Below are positions 1 to 8,420 of a DNA stretch of 20,622 nucleotides, one piece after another. A program made the position numbers and the translations under genes. Source of the DNA: Vermamoeba vermiformis. Lineage: Eukaryota. The notes below the pieces were generated by a model that searched no databases, was not told the DNA's origin, and was given only the letters and a program-made list of their open reading frames with translations. The stretch spans positions 434,001 to 454,622 of the forward strand of contig JBEWZL010000126.1 of NCBI GenBank assembly GCA_045837725.1, written 5' to 3'. Within the stretch, counting starts at the first letter, position 1. The number at the start of each line of letters is the position of its first letter.

Positions 1-504
1 TGCAATATGAGCCACTTTCACCTAATGTAAGTAGATTAAGGTAAGAAAGACGAAACGGATCCGGCTTTTAAATCCAAGTACGTTGTTTATCAAGATGTTC
101 AAAGCTAAAATATAGTAATAATATTACCTGTTCGTTAGTCCAAGGATTTGTCCACAGATCTACACGCTGTCCAGTTTGAGGATCTAAGTAGATCAAAATC
201 TCTCGTCCAAGCACGGTAAATTTGTTTTCTTCAGCCTTGTGTAAGATACGCGAAACGTTGACCATCTCCCATTTAAATAAGACTTTCTGTCTTTCACCAG
301 GTACCAAGCTAACAAAAAAAAAATTAATATTTAAAAATCTGCTTGATTATAAAGCTCAATTTGATAATTTATGACTTACATAAAATATAGAAACAATATA
401 AAAAACAGTTCTTACCTTAAAACTACACCAGATGCGTGTTGATAAGTTTCTTCCTTCGGATCTGACGAGGTGCGCAGTTTAGCAAGAGTCAAAGCGTCCA
501 TCAT
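1..504 (-). CDS. DUF1838-family protein, 5' part; the gene runs off the left edge. Exons 504-416, 308-128, 21-<1
   Basis: Spliced reading MMDALTLAKLRTSSDPKEETYQHASGVVLS|LVPGERQKVLFKWEMVNVSR...LGREILIYLDPQTGQRVDLWTNPWTNEQ|VKVAHIA. The REILIYLDP.TG...W.NPWT...V.V.H.A pattern is one I recognise from DUF1838. The GT-AG introns are phase-compatible. Confidence 0.8.
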
Positions 505-635
505 TGTTAAATGTGTTGTATACTTGTATTGGATTTTAATATTAAGGTACGCGTTGCAATTTTCAGCTTTAGATTGACAACTCTGCCACGTGATATTTCC
601 AAATATGGACAATAGTATCTTTATTCATCACCGCG

Positions 636-1983
636 TTACTTGCGAAAGAATTGAATATTGTGCCCAATCTCGTCGTTTTTGTACCAACTAGCTTCAAATT
701 CTTGTCGCACATCGTCTTGCAAAAGCGCCATTTTCCAACCAATTCTTTTGAACTCATTGAGCCATCTCTCGTCATTGCCATCGTCTGATAGCTCCAGTAA
801 TGTATTAAATGCCCTATTGATATCTTTCGAAGAATTTCCAAATGATTTTACGGCATACGCTTCAAAACTGCCGCAGATCTCGATCAGGTTCGTGTGGCTG
901 TTATACTACACGATTGGATTAGCTTATTGCACCTATAGATATCATATAATTGTTGCTTACCTTCACAAATATTAACGAGTCGTTGATTTCAAGTGCACTC
1001 AACAAGCGCGAGTACATGAATGTCACGGACTTGTGCGCGTCAATAAAGGCCTTCCACACACTGCATCTGATGTTATCGCCCAGGTCCGTTGACGTATTGT
1101 CTGTGCTCAGCACGAGCATTGGACGTATGAGTTTTGAGGGCGCGTAAAAGCCAGGGTAAGATACCAGATCCATGCAGATCCAGCTATTGCTGAGCAGTGA
1201 TTTAACATTCCTTTGCACCACTTCATGATGAACACTATCTAAATACAAACAGTATTATATGCTGCGTCCTTCTTAAATACCTCGTACATCTTTTTTCTAG
1301 TTCGGTTTGTGAGCACGTGATGCAGTCAATAATTTCACTCAGTCGCAGCGATATAGCTTGTGATTTTTGAACCATTTTCAACAACAATGTGCACGCCTCG
1401 TCGGTTAGTGTAGTATTAGTGTAAAACTCCTCGCAGTAGTAGTCAGGATCCGGCTGCGAGTCTCCGATATCGAGCTCAAGATACCCGCTATATTTGAAGT
1501 GTTACAACCCAATATACAGCTATTAATAATGTCATAGACTTACTAGTCATAATTAGTCAGGGTACTAATCTCAGCAGTGTATTTTTCCATTTTTGAACGA
1601 AGTCGTTTGATCCGCAGCTTGTGCAGTATAAATAGCAAATCTGGCGTGGGAATACAATCATCCTTACATATAGTAGGTGACATTCCTAATCTAACCCACA
1701 TCGCGCGTGAATGAACTATTTCGCGGTGTCTGAAATTCAAATTAGCATTAGAAGAATTTTTATAAATCAGTAAATGCAGTGTGTACCTTCTGGATAGTAT
1801 AGACAATGTGTAGATGGTCTTACTGTAATTAAATAAATAAGAGATAATTATTTCGACCAGTTCAGGCAGATCAAAAATGCACAAAGAGGCATTTGTCGAT
1901 GCTGGATCGAGTTTTCTTCGCTTATTGATTTCGTATTCTTCATTTTTCTCCTCGTTAATCGTATCATGCCTTCGTTTGTGCAT
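636..1983 (-). CDS. Hypothetical protein with an N-terminal F-box-like motif (~376 aa). Exons 1983-1787, 1729-1544, 1487-1288, 1238-961, 905-636
   Basis: Five exons join in frame via GT-AG introns to a TAA at 638-636. IFDLPELVEIIISYL...LSILSRRHREIV...W resembles an F-box, and there is a basic NLS-like KRRK before it. The C-terminus is not recognised. Confidence 0.6.
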
Positions 1984-2070
1984 GTTTGCGTCAAGTTACA
2001 TTTATGTCCAAATTTCCCGAATGATAAAAAATGAGACAGTTTTATATAAAATTTTAATACAGCACTGCGT

Positions 2071-3092
2071 TCACATGAATGCGAGCACGCACAAAGATAA
2101 GAATACAAAGCCACTGATTAAGTGAGTCGCATCACTGCTCAAAGATGAACCAGGAGTGTTGCCGGTGGTTTTTGAAGGTGAAGTACTGGTAGCGGGAGAG
2201 GTCGATGGATTAGTGGTCTGTGGAGCATTAGACGCGGGACAGTTTTCTTGAGGGAATGGTCGATCGCAGAACGGATTGCAATTCCAATTGCCGGGCAGAC
2301 TGTTTGACACGCGTTAGCTTAGTCACAACTCTATTGTTAGACTTACTAATAGTTGCAAACTACGGTATACATGCCATTGCAAAGCTTGATACCTAAGTAA
2401 CATGTTATCAGTACTATTATCGTAATCTTGATTGTCGCGTACCGCATCCGATCTGCGTGCTCGAAGACCAAACTATTTGAGTGTAATGGCCGCAATAATA
2501 CCAAGAACATTTGCCGTCCTGACAGCACTTGTTGGCGGCACAGTCCCAATATTGTTTCTCTGTTAGTAATCAGTGTTTAGATTCCATCAATGAGACGAAA
2601 GATTTGACACGCACCGCTGGCCCACATAGTGACAGAATCGGTCAGATCATCGGAATAGCCCCAAGCCATGTTCTCGCCCAAATCAGCTGCGCCACTGTGA
2701 CCAGAAGGACAGCCATCGACGTAATTTTGTGCAATCTCTAGGGATCGTGCGTGAGTATGCATTTTATCGGTTAAATTATTGCCAGAATTTAGCAATCGTG
2801 ATAGACTTACGCTCAATAGAGGTATTATATGTGACTGGTCCGAGACCAACCAACGCTCTTTCAGAGTTGTGAGCAGTAACGACTTGCTGAATTTGCGTCG
2901 ATCTGCATTATTATTAACATCAATCATGCCACGCAATAATATAATAACATTATTATAATATTATGCATAGGTATTAGAAAATATTCAACTTGCATTGAAG
3001 TTATTCTCGCGCAATTAATAATTGACTTACGTTAAAGCGTTTGCGACTGCAGCGAGTACAAGAACCAAAGCCACTTTAATAGTTGGATTCAT
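2071..3092 (-). CDS. CAP/SCP (PR-1-like) secreted protein with Ser/Thr stalk and probable GPI-anchor signal (~222 aa). Exons 3092-3031, 2902-2811, 2737-2615, 2559-2443, 2392-2347, 2299-2071
   Basis: Signal peptide MNPTIKVALVLVLAAVANA. CAP motifs AHNSERALVG, GENMAWG, CGHYTQIVW, IGCG and VVCNYYLPGN. An S/T/P-rich linker precedes the hydrophobic end LISGFVFLSLCVLAFM. Confidence 0.92.
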
Positions 3093-3613
3093 AGTTGTGG
3101 TTGTTCGAACGCGTGATTTAAAAAAGATACTGCGCGACATTGTGTTTGACATGCGTCACGCGTCGTTTTGCAGCGTATAAGTTATTCTCCGCAGAAATAA
3201 CGCGAAGGATAATAAAAATTAGTTGACGTGTTACTGGACAAGATTTACCGGTTCCAGTTCGCTTCATTGTACTGCGTTTGAATATTTAATAACGCTGCAT
3301 CTACGTTAAAAATTCTTATTTATCTTGTATTAAAGGACTTACGCACAAGAAGTTGCCTACACCAATGGGGTACTTTGTAATATTTTCTTATTTATCCAAA
3401 TCGGTTAATTTATATAAATTATCGGTATTAATTTCAAAGCCATAGTTTAAAGGAAATCGTAATGACGGCGGAACGAAAATGATTCCGTAATTAAATTGAT
3501 AGCATCCTAAAGTGTCGTTTTTACGGTCGGGGTACTCAGTGGTGTGGTAGTGTATTCATACAATTTTTCTTTTGAATTATTGTAACACGCAAACGTCCAC
3601 GTCTCTCGCAGCC

Positions 3614-4776
3614 ATGTCTTTGCCAAAAGTCTTGTTTATATGTATGTTTATCTCAATACAAGCTGTGCTGTCCGTGGAGGTATTCAAAATTAATCGATGT
3701 TCAACACCTCCTCAGCCTGACGCCTCGTGGAGCGGTAAGCAATCAATTGATCGTACATATGAGCGTAATAATACACAGTTAATAATATGGTCTGCTCGAC
3801 GAATTTAATTTTACACGAGGAAGACACTTAATAATAATTTTATTTGATTATTATCAATGTACGAGATTAATCTACGGATCTACAAATCATGATTGTATTA
3901 TTGTAATATCGATAGTATTTAATTATCTAGCTAATGTGAATAACAGAAATTGCTAATGTTACGAATTTCATGCTCGACGATGGATCTGCACCTGCAGTGC
4001 AACAAACCATGACATGGATGTGCTATAATGACGACAATGTATATATTAAATTTTTGTGCAAGGACAGTAAGTGGAACTAGAATGACAAGCAATAAGCGTG
4101 CAGATCTCAACACTGGTATTAATCTGGCTTATCAATCGTTATAGATAACATATTCTCGAAATATAAGAATTGTAACGACCCTCTCTACACGGAAGATGTC
4201 GTTGAAGTGTTTTTGACCGCACCAGGAACAGATCACGACAGCGTGGATCTGCATCATTATCTCGAAATTGAGTTATCGCCCAACTCCGTATTATTTGCAG
4301 CAAAGGTATGTACCCGAGACCTCTTATGCATCTACGGTATACCAATTGCCCTGCTCATCTTTGTAGATCACCAACACGAACTACTTATGCACGGGTATCA
4401 CCGACCAAAAAATTCCGTGCGATCAATCGGGCATTGAGTGGCAAGCTGAACGATTGGACGCGCAGAACCAGTGGTGGGGCTACTTGCAAATTCCTTGGAA
4501 ACTCATTGATGGTACGCTGAAATATATGACACGTGTCACAACACACAAGATACTCGCCTTGAACTGCCGTCTAATCCTTTATATTCAATAGACAAATCAG
4601 TCGATGAGCAAGGTAAATTGAATGTTGATTTGGCACATTTTACTTGGCGCGGTAACTTCTATCGCATTGACGTGCCGAAGAACAGCGACAAAGAGTACAG
4701 CTGCTGGTCCCCAACCATGGCGAGTCCTGCGTGCTTTCACAAACCTCTTTATTTTGGCGCTATTGTGCTCCAATAA
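3614..4776 (+). CDS. Secreted CBM9-like/DOMON-fold carbohydrate-binding protein (~243 aa). Exons 3614-3734, 3947-4066, 4145-4305, 4367-4511, 4592-4776
   Basis: Signal peptide MSLPKVLFICMFISIQAVLS. Motifs CYNDDNVYIKF, CNDPLYTEDVVEVF, YLEIELSPN, WWGYLQIPW, WRGNFYRID and WSPT...FHKPLYFG are typical of CBM9-like DOMON domains. All splice phases are compatible. Confidence 0.8.
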
Positions 4777-4920
4777 ACTTCTTAAGGCGTCACCATTGGG
4801 ACCATTTTTTGACAGATCTGTCACAGGCACGTGTCAAACTGGTTTTTGTTTGTAGGACAATCAGTGGCCAAAAGAACAGCACAACTTGTATCGACAGATA
4901 AATTTCCAAGCTTTTTCACA

Positions 4921-5905
4921 ATGGCCACGACAACTGCAAAATTTTTCGCCCTGCATCCTGGATTGGAGCTGGTAGATATTCCAAACAAAGGAAAAGGTAT
5001 CAATTAATTGTCATATATATTAAAAAATTATTCGATGCTCGAGCACGAATTCTGAGCAATAACCATCAGTTTCCTGAATAATAAATAATTTTTTAAAAAT
5101 AGGTTACACTGTCAATAAACCTATTGAAGTCGGAGAAGTACTAATCGAAGAGGACCCAATTATTAAGTCAAAATCAAACAAGATCATTGATATAGCCGAA
5201 GAACTTATTTTTGACAATCCCGAAGCATTCAAAGAGATCTACTGCCCCAAAGAATATCCAATTGTGCCTACTGGCTTCGAAGAGATTAGTGACCAAGACT
5301 ATTCGCGTGCATGCGCTCAAATTCAAGCAAATATCTTCTCAAACAACGAATACTTCTTGCTGAACTACAGAACAAGTTTTATTAATCATAGCTGCCGACC
5401 AAACGCTTGTTTTTATTTGGACCAAGCTATGCGCGTCAAGATCTATGCCATAGAGAAGATTGAGCCCGGTCAAGAGATCACTCTCTGCTACAAACAACAG
5501 ATCCTGGTACAACCGCTCGAGATGAGACAACAGTGGCTTAAAACGAATTGGTTCTTCGACTGTACTTGCGTCAAATGTACCGAAGAGCAGCAGAACCCTA
5601 AAAGCGCTAAAAAGATCGCTGAAGGATGGAAAGATTATGAATCGAGAAAAGAGGATCTGACCTCGTTACTTGCCGAAGACGAATTGTTTGAAGCAGCCAA
5701 GGTAGTGATGGACATTATGGACTACGAACATAACGTATGTCCTCTCTATCATAACTTCAAGCTGGTGAACTATCAGCTGTTGATGGGCCTGCTCAAACAA
5801 TTGAAAAAAGACGACAAACAAGCTGAAGCCAAGATCGTCGAGAATAAGATGAAAATGCTCGAATTGGATGTCTATGATAGAATAATAAAGATATTCAATA
5901 ATTAG
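4921..5905 (+). CDS. SMYD-like SET-domain lysine methyltransferase (~292 aa). Exons 4921-4996, 5103-5905
   Basis: nSET NKGKGYTVNKPIEVGEVLIEE, catalytic FINHSCRPN, GQEITLCY, post-SET WFFDCTCVKC and a helical C-terminal domain. Confidence 0.9.
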
Positions 5906-6014
5906 TTCTTCCTACAATCGTCTTCAGATCGCGATCTACTTTCTGATAAAATTCGCAAAATGCTCGTCAGGTAGAAAAGCCAACCTGCACACAGCTTTTT
6001 TTCATCATTTAACG

Positions 6015-6871
6015 ATGAGTAATACCACACTAGAACAATCTGCCACGGTAAGTGTCACCTAGTTAGCACTAACTACTGTACTTCCGACTTGACTTACGAA
6101 TTCTTGACTTTCAGATGGCAGAACCGCAAGACCAAGAAATGATAGAAAATATCCAAGGCGATATTGAATTTGACCCCACTAAGAAAAAACGATCTCGCAA
6201 ACGAAGAGAACAAAAGCTGGCTGAGGATTTGAATGAAGATCTCCAAATTGAAGAAAAACTCGAAACTAAACAAGAACCTGCAGAATATTCCTATGAAAAT
6301 GTAAGTATTTGTTATTTTATATCAACGAGTCTTACCCGTTATTTTCAGCTTGTCGATCGATTTTACTCCCGATTAGATCAGATGCGTTCAGGCCAAGAAG
6401 TCGCCAACAAAATTACTATGGAACCGCCTAAAGTTGGCCGTCAATCGATTAGATGTGCTTGGCTCAACTTTGCCAATAACTGCAAGAGCTTGAAGCGCGA
6501 TCAAAAGCACGTCATGAAGTTCGTATTGAGCGAGCTGGGTGCTAATGGAAATCTCGGTGGTGACAACAAGCTCGTGATCAATGGGCGATATCAAGCCAAA
6601 CACATCGAGGCTGTGCTCACTAAATATGCACGTAAGTAGCATGGCTTAAAAAAGCTGAGTTTTACCGTTAATTGCATCGCGTCGTGGATTTGCCTTCGTT
6701 TTTGTTCTGTTGATGAATCTAATATTAACGTTCGTCTCTATTATAGTGATGTATGTCCTATGCAAGCACTGCAAGAGTCCCAACACCGAGCTAGTCAAAG
6801 AAGAGCGATTACAAATGCTCAAATGCAACAACTGCACGTGCAAATACACCGTGCCCACTTTAAAGAAATAA
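6015..6871 (+). CDS. EIF2S2: Translation initiation factor eIF2 subunit beta-like (~208 aa). Exons 6015-6047, 6115-6300, 6349-6631, 6747-6871
   Basis: K-box FDPTKKKRSRKRR, YSYENLVDRF, core PPKVGR...NFANNCKSLKRDQKHVMKFVLSELGANGNLGGDNKLVINGRY, and zinc ribbon YVLCKHCKSPNT...LKCNNC. Confidence 0.88.
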
Positions 6872-7134
6872 CGCTTATTTTGATATTATGCTAATTGTAA
6901 ATATAATCTCATTTTCATATTTAAGGCAATAAACATCAGTAGATTAGAAATAACGTTAGAAGTGGATTTGCGCGCCAGAACAACCAAAAATAAATTTGAA
7001 TATTTCAATACGAATATGATGCTTAAAATGGTTATTACTATTAATATCGCGTATATTTATTACAAAACTATCACGAATAAGAATTGAAGTAACGATAAAA
7101 AATTTCAAATCTCATCCGAAAATTGAGGCTTAGC

Positions 7135-8183
7135 TTAGTTACGCTTCTTGGTCTTGGTGCCTTCGTCAACAGGCCACGAGCCAGGAGGCAAAGGAAGCAA
7201 TCTTGAGACAGCCTTCTGGTAGTTCTTGTATTGCGGGTACTTGGAGATGGAAATCTGCTCGGTGAAGGGAGTAGAGCCCTGGAAGAGCGCAGTCAACAAC
7301 AAAGCACCATAGCCGGTCCAGTTCCAGTACGAGGGTTGAGAAACAGCCAAAGAGAAGACAAAGAAGCACCACCACATTGCTTGTTCAGCGAAGAAGTTGG
7401 GATGGCGCGAGTAGCGGAAGAGACCGCTGTGAATGAATCCGTGAGCGAATTCGCCAGTCAAAGGCTTCTTGGCATCGATCAATTTCTTCTTGGCTTGTTG
7501 GAAGTTCCATTGTTGTTGATCCGCAACGGTCTCCATCAACAAAAAGAAAGCGAATGCGCCAGTAGCGGCGTAATCAATGTAGTTCAAGGGAGTTCCGCGC
7601 TTGAGCCATGCAAAGTACATTGGGAGCACGAACCAAGTGATGATAACGTTCTGAATGACGGCGATAAACGTGACATTCAACAGTTGGAAGCCGATGAAGC
7701 CCAACTTCTCGCGGAGGATCTGCCAGCGGTAGTCTTCACCGTGCCAAGTGTATCCTCCCTTGCGGCCAAAGTTATAAGAAAGACGTGCACCCCAAAGGGT
7801 AGCCAATACTGCCATAATAGCCAAGCGTTGATCGAGTTGGGTCGATTCGCCCGACAAGACGGGTTGAGCAACAAAATACCAAGCATAAATTACGGGCATA
7901 ATAGACCATAATTTATCGACTTGGGAATAGTTATTAAAGATAATTGAGCCAAAATAGCAATAGAAAATGAAGATGAGAGTCAAAACCACAACTCCAACGA
8001 GAGCGTCAGCGTGAATGAACCAGTTCCATGCTGAGCTAGGAGTAACAGTGCTCCAGTTGAGGGTGAGCGCTTGTTTGTATGTCTGCAATAACAACGCTAT
8101 TGCGTGCGCACCTGAAAATTCTAAATTCAAATACAAAAATTAGAATATTTAACTCTTTTTTAATTAAACACGGACATACCCAT
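7135..8183 (-). CDS. DUF1295 / steroid 5-alpha-reductase-superfamily integral membrane protein (~326 aa). Exons 8183-8180 (ATGG) and 8111-7135
   Basis: Motifs NYSQVDKLWS, WGARLSYNF.RKGG, GEDYRW, ETVADQQQW.FQ, GLFRYSRHPNFFAEQ and STPFTEQIS..KYP.Y..YQ..V, plus several hydrophobic helices. Confidence 0.92.
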
Positions 8184-8420
8184 GATGAGGTGGTGGTTAA
8201 CAGCGTCCGTAAATGCAACAAAGATTTATTGCAACCGTCACGAGATATTGATTTTTTGCCCGGGCCATTTTCCATAAAAGGAAAAACTGTTGTTACGCTT
8301 CGAGCGACCGCGTGACCCTAGATCCCGTAATCCGACTCCAGGAACAGCCCTCTCGGCTGGTGCTGTGAATAGGGACGATAACCTAGCTTTATTTGAGCAT
8401 CAACAAATCGCAACGTGAGG

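Noticed and set aside
569-841. 90-aa minus-strand ORF as the last exon of the F-box-like gene
   Set aside because: The splice phase selects another frame (905-636).
7231-7911. 226-aa plus-strand ORF
   Set aside because: It is the antisense shadow of the codon-biased DUF1295 exon, with no recognisable motifs.
8315-8400. Slightly GC-rich spacer with a small hairpin (cagcc-ctctc-ggctg, 8345-8359) as a possible ncRNA
   Set aside because: The stem is only 5 bp and there are no tRNA, snRNA or snoRNA boxes. The region is explained as the SIR2 3' end (AATAAA on the minus strand near 8390) plus the DUF1295 promoter.
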